This document shows, in pieces, positions 1 through 7,987 of a stretch of 60,785 nucleotides of DNA. The notes under the pieces were generated by a model that was not told where the DNA came from, did no database searches, and was given only the letters and a program-made list of their open reading frames with translations. Position numbers and translations under genes: made by a program. Position 1 is the first letter of the stretch. Every line of letters starts with the position of its first letter. Source of the stretch: a virus (taxonomy: Duplodnaviria > Caudoviricetes); IMG/VR virus record IMGVR_UViG_3300009008_000039, positions 1 to 60,785 of that record; one strand, written 5' to 3'.

Positions 1-78
1 CTCGACCAGCAATGCCAGAGTGTTAGCTGGTACGCCGACCGAAGTTCTTGTAATTGTTACTAGGTTTCGTACTTGCAC
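1..78 (-). CDS. Partial (runs off window) small SH3-like family protein, paralogue of 2768..2953
   Basis: GTG start with GGAGG upstream; VQVRNLVTITRTSVGVPANTLALLVE aligns by eye with MQPGDLVMITRNSIGIPSGTLALITE. Confidence 0.6.
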   Translation of the reverse strand, partial: MQVRNLVTITRTSVGVPANTLALLVE

Positions 79-305
79 TGCGCCCTCCGCACCATTCCTA
101 GGTTCAACATGTTCACTTCTAGGGCTCCGTACTTTTCATTGTAATCTCGCGGGGTTGGACCGTTAAAGGCTATATGCCAACACCAACTAGGGTAGTGATT
201 GCTGCTGCCATCGGGTTTGGCATACATGTCAAAGCGGGTTAGCAGCACACCGGGGGTACCGTCTGGCCAGATGATCAGGTCACCTGGCTTCAGGTTGGCC
301 CTCAT
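60..305 (-). CDS. Small hypothetical protein, xGDLV (SH3-like) family
   Basis: LKPGDLIIW...GVLL...W pattern; overlaps neighbours. Confidence 0.65.
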   Translation of the reverse strand: MRANLKPGDLIIWPDGTPGVLLTRFDMYAKPDGSSNHYPSWCWHIAFNGPTPRDYNEKYGALEVNMLNLGMVRRAQCKYET

Positions 306-562
306 CGCGATATCTCCAAGAAGTCACCGTAGTGCGAGATATAACCATGCACGGGGTGGTGTAGGCTAAAAATTCCGCCCCACTGGTGTCCGTCCTCCCT
401 GCCCTCCGACAAGACCACCGCCGTTGTGCCATCTAGTCCATTTCCAGGGGATCTCCACGATTCTCCCTCATAGCGAGGGCGTGCGTAGACAAAACGCACC
501 AAGTCACCGACGTTGATGTCGTCGCGAATGTGGCTGAAAAATCTGTAATCATACTCATTCAT
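302..562 (-). CDS. Small hypothetical protein, xGDLV family (start revised to MNEYDY)
   Basis: INVGDLVRF motif; ATG lies 6 nt after a TATGTT -10 box. Confidence 0.65.
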   Translation of the reverse strand: MNEYDYRFFSHIRDDINVGDLVRFVYARPRYEGESWRSPGNGLDGTTAVVLSEGREDGHQWGGIFSLHHPVHGYISHYGDFLEISR

Positions 563-568
563 GGCAAC

Positions 569-597
569 AACATAGGCACGGCAACCTGCCAAGTAAA
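569..597 (-). promoter_or_regulatory. Sigma70-type promoter, probably leaderless transcript
   Basis: TTTACT-N17-TATGTT-N6-ATG. Confidence 0.6.
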
Positions 598-611
598 CGG
601 GCTGCGAGAGA

Positions 612-653
612 GAAAAGAAAAAATTTCCGCCGAATTCGGCGCTGCGCGCCGAG
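612..653 (-). terminator. GC-rich hairpin/palindrome followed by U-tract
   Basis: CGCCGAATTCGGCG palindrome (628-641), alternative TCGGCGC/GCGCCGA hairpin, then TTTTTTCTTTT on minus strand. Confidence 0.4.
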
Positions 654-664
654 TGGCGCGCGCG

Positions 665-1054
665 CTAATAGTGGATGCTCCGAGAAACTCCAATAGATTC
701 AAAGGCATAGCCTTTCTGTTCTATGTCGTCGTTGTCCTCGCCTAGACGCACAAAGCTAAATAGCTCCGAGTAGTCATCATGGTCATCGAGAGCACTAATG
801 CCAAACCCTGACAAGTCGTCGCACTCCATCGCCTCAATGAAGTTGGTGAGCATGGCAATCTCTGGATAACTTTCATACCACTTGATGCTATCCCAACGCA
901 TGAACCAGTTACCCTCTCCATCATAGTCGGTGTTAAGCTCATCGCACTCTTTCGTACAAAGCAGTTGCGTTGCTTCACATTGCGCGAACATGGCCATGAG
1001 GGCTGGTACGACTTTTGCATCAAGGGCCAATACTACTTCTGAACGATATCCCAT
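665..1054 (-). CDS. Hypothetical phage protein (MGYRS...IKWY...FVRLGE type)
   Basis: Compact acidic ORF in operon context; motif pattern recalled from other phage proteins. Confidence 0.65.
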   Translation of the reverse strand: MGYRSEVVLALDAKVVPALMAMFAQCEATQLLCTKECDELNTDYDGEGNWFMRWDSIKWYESYPEIAMLTNFIEAMECDDLSGFGISALDDHDDYSELFSFVRLGEDNDDIEQKGYAFESIGVSRSIHY

Positions 1055-1055
1055 T

Positions 1056-1361
1056 TTAATCCTCTTCCCAAGTCCCGTTGACTTCCCAACACCATTCTTC
1101 TAGGGTCTGGCACCACTCTCTATACGTGCCATCGGTCTCCCACGTGCAGCACTTACTTCCATCGTCGTAATAATCGCACCATGTTGGCGTAGGGACTGGG
1201 CCGGGTTGTTCTTCTCCACAATCTGAAAGGTAAATGTTGAGGTTTGATACGTCTCCGACCAATATCGCACCCGATGACTGCTCTGTCTCGGGGGGTTGGT
1301 CGAGGTCATCACCGCAACAAGTAAAAAATAGGCACGAAAGAACTAGAGTAAAGTATTTCAT
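1056..1361 (-). CDS. Putative Cys-rich lipoprotein (start MKYFTLV)
   Basis: Short hydrophobic N-terminus ending FFTC/CGDD; ATGA overlap with upstream ORF. Confidence 0.55.
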   Translation of the reverse strand: MKYFTLVLSCLFFTCCGDDLDQPPETEQSSGAILVGDVSNLNIYLSDCGEEQPGPVPTPTWCDYYDDGSKCCTWETDGTYREWCQTLEEWCWEVNGTWEED

Positions 1362-1627
1362 CGTCGTTCTTCCCACAAGCGCCAACCGCCCTTTGAAATG
1401 CACTCACCACTTTCATTGCGTTGCTTCTTGTGCGATGCAAAAATCTCGGTGCCATCAGGCATGCGGATAAGGTACTGCGACCCTCGGATGTGCTCAAGCA
1501 CCAAAGCGCCTGCGAGGTCTTCTTGAACAATAAGCGACCCCACCAACTCTTGGCGTTCACGGGCGAACTGTGCTCTGTCCTCGGCTGTCAATTGCCGCCT
1601 ATTCTGCCGTCTGTCTCTACGTCTCAT
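1358..1627 (-). CDS. Hypothetical protein, Arg-rich N-terminus
   Basis: ORF with 4-nt overlaps on both sides. Confidence 0.6.
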   Translation of the reverse strand: MRRRDRRQNRRQLTAEDRAQFARERQELVGSLIVQEDLAGALVLEHIRGSQYLIRMPDGTEIFASHKKQRNESGECISKGGWRLWEERR

Positions 1628-1896
1628 ATCTCTGCCTCCTCATAGCTTCGGCGCGGGTAGTATCGATAGACGATGCTCCAGAAGCGTCCTAGCTCCTGGT
1701 TCATCTCGTCGCAATAGGGATATTGAACGCCAGTCTCTCGTTCTTCGGTCTGCCAATCAACGTGAACATACTCAAACGCAAAGTCCTCATCACGTAGAAC
1801 AAACATTTGTTTAGCAATGGATTCATAGATAGGCTGGCCAGCGTCGAACTTATCGACTACTAGCGCACCATACTTGAGTTCACTCTTTTTCTTCAC
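1624..1896 (-). CDS. Hypothetical protein (divergent xGxLV family)
   Basis: LKYGALVV; operon overlap. Confidence 0.55.
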   Translation of the reverse strand: MKKKSELKYGALVVDKFDAGQPIYESIAKQMFVLRDEDFAFEYVHVDWQTEERETGVQYPYCDEMNQELGRFWSIVYRYYPRRSYEEAEI

Positions 1897-2062
1897 CGAA
1901 GTCGTCCTCTTCGTCGTTCATTAACACTGTAGGAACGACAGGAGGTATAGTAAAGGTATCACCATCAACATCAGAGCAAATCTCTCCAACATCTCGAATT
2001 GACTTAGTTTTTTCATCTTGCTCTCTCTTTTGGGATATGTAAAACCATTCACTGTCCGGCAT
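1880..2062 (-). CDS. Small acidic hypothetical protein
   Basis: Fills gap with overlaps at both ends. Confidence 0.5.
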   Translation of the reverse strand: MPDSEWFYISQKREQDEKTKSIRDVGEICSDVDGDTFTIPPVVPTVLMNDEEDDFGEEKE

Positions 2063-2348
2063 TGTTGGACACCAGCATCAACTCCCAGCACTGGAGCACT
2101 TCAGGGTTTGGGCTAGATCCTGCGCCTGTGCCATACTCCCACGTTCGTCGCGGGCCATCGAGCCAATGAACAATAATGTCATATCGCTCTTGTTTTCTGC
2201 CACCTAGGTTCTTTGCCTCATGCTCTTCTTTGACATGCTGTTTTCCAATCACAAGACCCAGCTTCGGTGTGCGACCGGGTGCGGCGGTGTCCCATGACTG
2301 CCTGACCATTGCTCCTGGCTGGAGTCGTTTGCTTACTTTCATGTTCAT
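2049..2348 (-). CDS. Small protein, xGDLV (SH3-like) family
   Basis: LQPGAMV...LGLVI...IVHW...ELMLVS. Confidence 0.65.
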   Translation of the reverse strand: MNMKVSKRLQPGAMVRQSWDTAAPGRTPKLGLVIGKQHVKEEHEAKNLGGRKQERYDIIVHWLDGPRRTWEYGTGAGSSPNPEVLQCWELMLVSNNAGQ

Positions 2349-2536
2349 GGTGCGATGAAACTCTCCTTCTCGGCTGAGAAGTCAGTATTCACATCCTCGA
2401 TGAACTTAACCTCTTTGCCTTCTGAAAGGATACGCGCGTCCATAAGAGCGCCGTCCACTCGGTCAAGGGTGTGTTGCAAGTCAATCTTGATGTGTTCAAG
2501 TTCCGCAACAATACTACTCAAGCTCAAATCTGCCAT
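2345..2536 (-). CDS. Hypothetical helical protein
   Basis: AAGGAG SD; promoter upstream. Confidence 0.65.
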   Translation of the reverse strand: MADLSLSSIVAELEHIKIDLQHTLDRVDGALMDARILSEGKEVKFIEDVNTDFSAEKESFIAP

Positions 2537-2554
2537 CTTTGATCTCCTTCAACC

Positions 2555-2582
2555 AATATAGGTACGTGTATACGCGAGTAAA
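2555..2582 (-). promoter_or_regulatory. Sigma70-type promoter
   Basis: TTTACT-N16-TATATT. Confidence 0.55.
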
Positions 2583-2585
2583 TAA

Positions 2586-2771
2586 TTACGCGCGTGACAC
2601 GACGAAAAAATTACGTGCTGGCTTCCACTCTTCGGGGTCGTCAGCAGTGACGATATAGGGGTTCTCCGGGCCTCCCAGGGCACGGTTTGAAACGCTCACC
2701 ACCAGCTTCGCTGGTACGATCTCTGCGTGGTTCTGGTGTGCTTTGCTCACCACCAAGTCTCCAATCTTCAT
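2586..2771 (-). CDS. Small protein, xGDLV family
   Basis: MKIGDLVV...VVSRA. Confidence 0.7.
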   Translation of the reverse strand: MKIGDLVVSKAHQNHAEIVPAKLVVSVSNRALGGPENPYIVTADDPEEWKPARNFFVVSRA

Positions 2772-2953
2772 TTGACTGTCTCCAAGTCTTCAGCGAGGTA
2801 CTTCCTCACTTTTCCGTTTGCCTTACCACCCACAATATAGACACGGTAGTAAGAAAATAAAGAGCCGATTAGCTTTTCTGTAATCAAGGCTAGCGTGCCT
2901 GATGGAATTCCGATGGAATTCCTTGTAATCATTACTAAATCGCCGGGCTGCAT
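2768..2953 (-). CDS. Small protein, xGDLV family
   Basis: MQPGDLVMI...DLETVK; GGAG SD. Confidence 0.7.
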   Translation of the reverse strand: MQPGDLVMITRNSIGIPSGTLALITEKLIGSLFSYYRVYIVGGKANGKVRKYLAEDLETVK

Positions 2954-2963
2954 CTCCGCTCCA

Positions 2964-3194
2964 TTAAAGATTTACGTATTTCAAGTCACGTCGGATGTGA
3001 TACGCATAGTCTTCAAAGTCAGTGCCGACCCATGAAACCATGATCGCAGTTGCCGGATGCAACATGCCCATTCTCTTGTCTTGTTCTGTGGAGTCCACCA
3101 TAACAATCAAGCCGACCAAGCCGACGAAGTTCTTGTTACACTTCAGCTTCCTGCCATACGAGGAAAGTTCAACCAGATCACCAACTTGCATCAC
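2964..3194 (-). CDS. Small protein, xGDLV family
   Basis: MQVGDLVEL...VGLIV...VSW...DLKYV. Confidence 0.7.
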   Translation of the reverse strand: MMQVGDLVELSSYGRKLKCNKNFVGLVGLIVMVDSTEQDKRMGMLHPATAIMVSWVGTDFEDYAYHIRRDLKYVNL

Positions 3195-3202
3195 AACACT
3201 AA

Positions 3203-3436
3203 CTAGGCTTTATCAGCGACTAGTACCCAATCTTCAGACGGACTCACACGTATGTCACCATTTATCATCTTCACCTTTAATGCTTCATTCGTTGAAAGCG
3301 GGTGATAGACTTCAAGTACTATACCCAATGTTTCTTTCGCGCGTTCTCCCTCATACATAAAGCGAGAATCATGAATCTCCAAAGGCATATATCTTACTAG
3401 GTCACCAATTTTTATTTCCTGTGGTGGCGCATGCAT
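3203..3436 (-). CDS. Small protein, xGDLV family (start revised to MHAPPQE)
   Basis: IKIGDLVRY...LGIVLEV; ATG 6 nt after TATGTT. Confidence 0.65.
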   Translation of the reverse strand: MHAPPQEIKIGDLVRYMPLEIHDSRFMYEGERAKETLGIVLEVYHPLSTNEALKVKMINGDIRVSPSEDWVLVADKA

Positions 3437-3442
3437 ACATAG

Positions 3443-3470
3443 AACATAGCAACGCAAGAACGGAAATAAA
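3443..3470 (-). promoter_or_regulatory. Sigma70-type promoter, probably leaderless
   Basis: TTTATT-N16-TATGTT-N6-ATG. Confidence 0.5.
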
Positions 3471-3471
3471 G

Positions 3472-3702
3472 TCAAATAACTACAATATACTTCTCGTCAA
3501 AATCTTCTTCAGTGTACCATATCCCACGGCAGCCAGGAATTTCCTCTGCATCTGCGTTCCACAGCACTCTGTAACTCCAACCGTGCATTCTATCATAATG
3601 TGTTTCTACAACTAGTCCCAACCCTGAATGGTGCCAGGTGCGCTGGGCTACCCACTGCACTAAATCTCCGCGCTGGGCTGAAGCTGGCTTTATTTCACTC
3701 AT
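3472..3702 (-). CDS. Small protein, xGDLV family
   Basis: QRGDLVQW...LGLVVE...YRVLW. Confidence 0.7.
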   Translation of the reverse strand: MSEIKPASAQRGDLVQWVAQRTWHHSGLGLVVETHYDRMHGWSYRVLWNADAEEIPGCRGIWYTEEDFDEKYIVVI

Positions 3703-4036
3703 CTTCCTGTATGTATTTCCAGTCTGGCCTGTTGTAGTATCTCCACTTAACTCTGCCGTCTAGGCACTTCACCCAGACAAACTCCGCTGACCACGTGCAT
3801 TCATCCGGGTCTGTCAAGAGGCATGGCATCTCTTCACAGTACGTGGTCGTTTCTGGCTGCTCAAGAACGTGAAAGCCGCCGCGTGGGGCGGCGATAAGTA
3901 TAAGACTAAGAAGACTGTCCTTGTCCATGCCTGTTAGCAAAGGATACATGTAACTGGGATAGCCATCGAAATGACAATAGGTGCCTATGTAACCATTCCG
4001 TTCTGTCTCCACATATATATTAGAGCGAGTGCCCAT
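3695..4036 (-). CDS. Hypothetical phage protein (MGTRS...YCHxDGYP type)
   Basis: Motif commonly seen in phage hypothetical proteins; GAAGG SD. Confidence 0.65.
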   Translation of the reverse strand: MGTRSNIYVETERNGYIGTYCHFDGYPSYMYPLLTGMDKDSLLSLILIAAPRGGFHVLEQPETTTYCEEMPCLLTDPDECTWSAEFVWVKCLDGRVKWRYYNRPDWKYIQEDE

Positions 4037-4057
4037 CTACCTTCTCTGCTGTCACCC

Positions 4058-4294
4058 TTACAACATAGACACATCTGCGCGGCTGACAAGTACGACATGA
4101 CCTGATTCGATGGCTGTGACATCTAGCTCGCATGGCTCGTCAATGGTTGACCACTGAACGTTGACAGTGTGTATGTTCCAAGCAGGCTTCGCCCAACCAG
4201 GACCGAGCACCAGACCCATATCGTTGCTACGAGTGCATCTTATCAAGTCACCGGGTTGAAGTTGACAGCTTTGCGCTTGTACTGAGGATGACAT
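4058..4294 (-). CDS. Small protein, xGDLV family
   Basis: LQPGDLI...MGLVL...VQW...LVSRA. Confidence 0.65.
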   Translation of the reverse strand: MSSSVQAQSCQLQPGDLIRCTRSNDMGLVLGPGWAKPAWNIHTVNVQWSTIDEPCELDVTAIESGHVVLVSRADVSML

Positions 4295-4400
4295 GGATTT
4301 CTCCCTTCTCGTCTACGACAACCAAGTCTCTCGTCTTCGGCTGGAACCTTATTAGTTTTCCTGTTATATTTCCAGCACTTACGATATCACCAATCTTCAT
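4248..4400 (-). CDS. 50-aa xGDIV family protein missed by ORF track
   Basis: MKIGDIVSAGNITGKLIRFQPKTRDLVVVDEKGEIHVILSTSAKLSTSTR; GAGGTG SD. Confidence 0.6.
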   Translation of the reverse strand: MKIGDIVSAGNITGKLIRFQPKTRDLVVVDEKGEIHVILSTSAKLSTSTR

Positions 4401-4593
4401 AGCTCACCTCATCAATGTTAATTTCGGGCAGCGGTGCCAGGAATTGTGCGTTATACGTACCTTGTGCGCCGGCTTCGTCGTCGAGCCACAGCACCTTGTA
4501 ACGATTATCCTCCAGAGAGCTAGTAACCACACCAAGTGTGGACTCCAGTGTCTCTCCGTCGATTTTCATGTGTACCAAATCACCAGTAATCAT
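4387..4593 (-). CDS. Small protein, xGDLV family
   Basis: MITGDLVH...LGVV...YKVLW. Confidence 0.7.
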   Translation of the reverse strand: MITGDLVHMKIDGETLESTLGVVTSSLEDNRYKVLWLDDEAGAQGTYNAQFLAPLPEINIDEVSYEDW

Positions 4594-4596
4594 TTG

Positions 4597-4872
4597 TTAT
4601 TCTTCCTCGTCCTCTTCAAGAGGGATTTCTTCGTGAATAATGCCTACTTGGTATCTTTCACCCAAGTCTTTCAATTTCTTTTCCAGGTTCTTCAACATGG
4701 AGAACTCCACAGGATGCAGACTCTGTTCTTTTTGAATAATGTAAACTGTCTGCACTTCTGGGCTGTAGTCATGGAATTCGAATTCGGCTCCGTCGAGGGC
4801 AGCAACCATCGCTGCCTCTTCTTCGACTATCTCCTCAAACTGTTTAATGAGTGCTTTCTTCTTCTTAGCCAT
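4597..4872 (-). CDS. Acidic hypothetical protein
   Basis: MAKKKK start 6 nt after -10 box, no SD. Confidence 0.65.
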   Translation of the reverse strand: MAKKKKALIKQFEEIVEEEAAMVAALDGAEFEFHDYSPEVQTVYIIQKEQSLHPVEFSMLKNLEKKLKDLGERYQVGIIHEEIPLEEDEEE

Positions 4873-4878
4873 GACACC

Positions 4879-4906
4879 AACATAGTTACGCTAAAGGCAA
4901 AGTCAA
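4879..4906 (-). promoter_or_regulatory. Sigma70-type promoter, probably leaderless
   Basis: TTGACT-N16-TATGTT-N6-ATG. Confidence 0.65.
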
Positions 4907-5413
4907 CTGCCTAGTTGATTTAACAGGCATGTCAGCGCTTAAAAGATGTTCAGCCATGTCAACGCGATGGTAGTGACCATTGCCACCTTGGCCGATATCA
5001 TGTACCCAAGCGCGCCTACCGGCCTCGAAGGCTACAACCCTTGAGTTTTCGACGCTTAGGGCTGATACGACTTCGGACAACTCGCGCTCATAGAAGGTAT
5101 ACAATTTGCCACCCTTGCAGTCGGATTCCCAAAAATCGTCATTGAGAAAAGCAAACAAGCCATCTGTGAGGTCTTGTGCGCTCAACGGCTCATCGTTGAA
5201 GCTAGTCTCGGTAAAGACATCCATGTTGCCATTCTCGGTTTCAATCCAAAACTCCACATACCCATCAGGCAGCTTGTCGTGAACAGCGTTATCTCGCCAA
5301 TGAACGTAGAAACCCTCGTCTCCATAATGGAGAAAGTCGCTGCAAAAACTGTCTATAATCTTTGCAGCGATATCGAGACTGCGGGGCTTAAAGATGTAAC
5401 TTGCCAATATCAT
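4886..5413 (-). CDS. Hypothetical protein
   Basis: 175-aa ORF, ATGA overlap, GAGGT SD. Confidence 0.65.
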   Translation of the reverse strand: MILASYIFKPRSLDIAAKIIDSFCSDFLHYGDEGFYVHWRDNAVHDKLPDGYVEFWIETENGNMDVFTETSFNDEPLSAQDLTDGLFAFLNDDFWESDCKGGKLYTFYERELSEVVSALSVENSRVVAFEAGRRAWVHDIGQGGNGHYHRVDMAEHLLSADMPVKSTRQLTLPLA

Positions 5414-5601
5414 TTTACTACCTCGAACTCCTCTTCAAGCAATATAAGTGTTCTATCTCCGCAAAGAATGCGCCATGTTTTACCATTGCTTGGTGCAAAA
5501 TATCTTGGGCTCTCCCATTGCTCAAGAAGAATGCCGTACGCGCAGTTACCTAGCACCATCGCGTCTGGCTCTAAAATCTTCACTAGGTCACCCACTTTCA
5601 T
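5410..5601 (-). CDS. Small protein, xGDLV family
   Basis: MKVGDLVKI...YGILLE...EFEVV. Confidence 0.7.
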   Translation of the reverse strand: MKVGDLVKILEPDAMVLGNCAYGILLEQWESPRYFAPSNGKTWRILCGDRTLILLEEEFEVVK

Positions 5602-5659
5602 GTCGTATTTAAGCCCACCCTATCCCGCCGCATGCACGGCACAACTCATTTACAGCTAC

Positions 5660-5688
5660 AACGTAGGGACGACAATCTACGCAGTAAA
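5660..5688 (-). promoter_or_regulatory. Sigma70-type promoter
   Basis: TTTACT-N17-TACGTT. Confidence 0.5.
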
Positions 5689-5862
5689 GCTGATACTTTG
5701 ATTTTCTAGCTGTGTCGTCACCGCATTAAGCATGGCGTGAACAACTTGCAGAGTTTCTACAATCTTTTCACGCTGCTCTGGCTTGTTGACGCAGACACAT
5801 CGCTTGTCAATCAAATCTTCTAGCACTTCTTCGTGCTCTTTAAGTTCTTGTAATGTATACAT
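5677..5862 (-). CDS. Small helical hypothetical protein
   Basis: AGGAG SD. Confidence 0.6.
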   Translation of the reverse strand: MYTLQELKEHEEVLEDLIDKRCVCVNKPEQREKIVETLQVVHAMLNAVTTQLENQSISFTA

Positions 5863-5871
5863 TTTCTTCTC

Positions 5872-6654
5872 CTACTTGGGGTCAACAATGTTGTCAATGA
5901 CCCACTTCGTGACAGCCTTGACACCAATCGTGTCCTCAGTCAGCAAACTATCCTCGCTAACAGAAACAGGTGAAATAAGCTCGCAACTGTCGTTGCTGGG
6001 GTTGCGATACCACTCATCCCGTGGAATATCATCGACGTTCAGAAAGTCCATCGGGAAGTAACATGCGCCTTTGGTAGAAGGCTGGCCCCCCCAACGGTCT
6101 TTCTTTGGCACAAGGTACTGAAACCTGATTCCGTGCGCTCCTTGGAAGTAGTCGTTCTTAGCGGGCACATGATACTTGCGGATATCGTCAAATCGTACTT
6201 CAGTAACGACAGCCATCACCGCATCTTGACCTTGCAGGTTGTGGTCAACACTGATGAGAGCACCCGGACCGAAGCCAGCGTCCATCATGCGCTGTGCAGT
6301 TCGCTTGCGAATGTCCAGCACTTCGGCTAGTCGTTCTTTGACCTGCCTCTTGCGCTCGGTACAAGTTCGACGGGTGTGTCCAGCCTCTCCACAGAAACCA
6401 CACTTGCGATTCTGTCCACGAGTCTCCATCTTGTGAAGCTGGTCCTTGGTGTGTCGAAGATAGCGTTCGGCGTTGGCTCTTTGATAGTCATGAGGAAACT
6501 CGTTCTCGGCTAGCTCTTTCGTATATCGCTTGACGCTCTCTTGAAGATCTGTCTTTCGCTTGGGGCAGGCGCTCTTGTTGTGGCCCTTCTCGTAGCAGTG
6601 GCCGCAGCGCACCGTGCGCTTGTAGTTTCCATTCTCGTCAGTCATGTATGCCAT
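5872..6654 (-). CDS. Protein with two CCHC zinc knuckles
   Basis: CGHCYEKGHNKSAC and CGFCGEAGHTRRTC fit CX2CX4HX4C; AGGAGG SD. Confidence 0.75.
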   Translation of the reverse strand: MAYMTDENGNYKRTVRCGHCYEKGHNKSACPKRKTDLQESVKRYTKELAENEFPHDYQRANAERYLRHTKDQLHKMETRGQNRKCGFCGEAGHTRRTCTERKRQVKERLAEVLDIRKRTAQRMMDAGFGPGALISVDHNLQGQDAVMAVVTEVRFDDIRKYHVPAKNDYFQGAHGIRFQYLVPKKDRWGGQPSTKGACYFPMDFLNVDDIPRDEWYRNPSNDSCELISPVSVSEDSLLTEDTIGVKAVTKWVIDNIVDPK

Positions 6655-6688
6655 TGGGTCGTCCTCCTGTGGCTTCCGTTATGCTAGT

Positions 6689-6717
6689 ACTATAAGAACC
6701 AGCTAGCCCTCTGTAAA
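6689..6717 (-). promoter_or_regulatory. Sigma70-type promoter
   Basis: TTTACA-N17-TATAGT. Confidence 0.6.
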
Positions 6718-7038
6718 GGGCGTGATGTGTTTTATGTGTGTACCGTGAATGTAGAAACACGAACCATCGGGTCTAGCAAAATTATGAACGTCCTGATAAA
6801 TGGTCTTTCTACCGTCCTGGCCATCGCGCATAGATCTGCGGCCTAGATACACCAATGGCTCTCTTCTCCACGAGCCAGTGGTCATCGCACCGACGGGCTG
6901 TTTCCTAGCATACCGACAAAGTATGTAAAGAGAGAGGCGAGATGCCTCTAGTTCTTTAGTGGCTCCTATCGCACCTCCGACGCGGCAATCATTGACAACC
7001 CGATAGAGTTGTCCTATTTTTAATTCGTTAACCTTCAC
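6703..7038 (-). CDS. Hypothetical protein (divergent xGxL family)
   Basis: LKIGQLY; operon overlap. Confidence 0.55.
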   Translation of the reverse strand: MKVNELKIGQLYRVVNDCRVGGAIGATKELEASRLSLYILCRYARKQPVGAMTTGSWRREPLVYLGRRSMRDGQDGRKTIYQDVHNFARPDGSCFYIHGTHIKHITPFTEG

Positions 7039-7246
7039 TTATAATCTGTAAATATATGTCATCACTGCACATGATGGTTCGCACGGATTCAATTGTGGTG
7101 CTAATTGTGGTGCTGCCGTCGTCAATCCAAGCCACGCGGACGGCATCGGACTTATATTCGTCAAAGTAGCCGATTTCCTCCACCACAATACCATAAAGGA
7201 CTGCTCCATCGAGGTCGATGTACTGAATTAGGCTTCCTATCTTCAT
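7028..7246 (-). CDS. Small protein, xGDLV family
   Basis: MKIGSLIQY...YGIVVE...VRVAW...QIIS. Confidence 0.65.
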   Translation of the reverse strand: MKIGSLIQYIDLDGAVLYGIVVEEIGYFDEYKSDAVRVAWIDDGSTTISTTIESVRTIMCSDDIYLQIISEG

Positions 7247-7257
7247 GTGTCATGCGG

Positions 7258-7302
7258 GCGCGTGCAAAAAACTATGTGTGCGCGCGAACAAAAAATTATG
7301 CG
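7258..7302. repeat. Imperfect 21-nt direct repeat x2, 24-nt period
   Basis: GCGCGTGCAAAAAACTATGTG / GCGCGAACAAAAAATTATGCG. Confidence 0.6.
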
Positions 7303-7700
7303 TCGTCCTTTCCTGTGATCTCGTCAATGGCTTCGAAGGTCTTGACCATCACACTCAAAGCCAAGTTGTCCTTGTTGGCCTTTTCGCTTATCTTCGCCAT
7401 TGTCTCTATCGCTTCGCCCATCTCCTCTACTTTTTCTTTCATGTTCTCAATGACCTCATCCAACACCTCTAGCGTCTTGTCGGCTGACGACGCCCTCAAG
7501 ATTATAAAGTCTTGCGTGCTCATCGATGAAGCAGCGCTGTAAAACTCTTCTTCACCTCTAGGTGAAATATTGTTATCTTCCTTGGGGCCGGTCTCTTCGA
7601 CAGCTTGAACATCTTGATTGTTGTCTGTCGGTTTCTCAGCCTTGTTGGCTGGCGTCACAGCTTGTGATGTCGGTGAAGCGCCTATGGAATTGATACTCAT
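7296..7700 (-). CDS. Hypothetical protein with C-terminal coiled coil (start probably MSINSIG)
   Basis: Disordered N-half, helical C-half; late-type motif upstream at 7754-7761. Confidence 0.6.
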   Translation of the reverse strand: MSINSIGASPTSQAVTPANKAEKPTDNNQDVQAVEETGPKEDNNISPRGEEEFYSAASSMSTQDFIILRASSADKTLEVLDEVIENMKEKVEEMGEAIETMAKISEKANKDNLALSVMVKTFEAIDEITGKDDA

Positions 7701-7777
7701 TTTTTGTTTAGTGGGCTTTTCTTCTTTATATCCCGTCAACGGTAGATACATAAATAACTAGCTCCAAACAAAAAAAA

Positions 7778-7867
7778 TCAAAAACATGCCTCGTAAGCGA
7801 CGACCACAACAAGCAACAGGATCACGTCTGCGACAAGAATATATAACGCTGGTTTGAAATCTTCCAC
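7778..7867 (-). CDS. Possible 29-aa single-TM peptide
   Basis: GTG-start VEDFKPALYILVADVILLLVVVVAYEACF. Confidence 0.35.
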   Translation of the reverse strand: MEDFKPALYILVADVILLLVVVVAYEACF

Positions 7868-7909
7868 GTATTAATTAGACTCTTCCTTTCTCGCAAGCAT
7901 GAAAATATT

Positions 7910-7987
7910 TGGTAGACCGACTGGGAGTCGAACCCAGAACCAAGGGTTTATGAGACCCCTACTCTAACCTGATTGAGCTATCGGTCC
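7910..7987 (-). tRNA. tRNA-Ile2 (anticodon CAU, lysidine substrate)
   Basis: Cloverleaf GGACCGA/UCGGUCU acceptor stem, GGGGU-CU CAU AA-ACCCU, UUCGA T-loop, ACCA end; C4-G69 and C5-G68 TilS determinants; abuts tilS. Confidence 0.85.

Noticed and set aside
7910-7987. Calling the CAU tRNA initiator or elongator Met
   Set aside because: No C1:A72 mismatch and no three G-C pairs at 29-31; it has C4-G69/C5-G68 and abuts tilS, so Ile2 is favoured (elongator Met not fully excluded)
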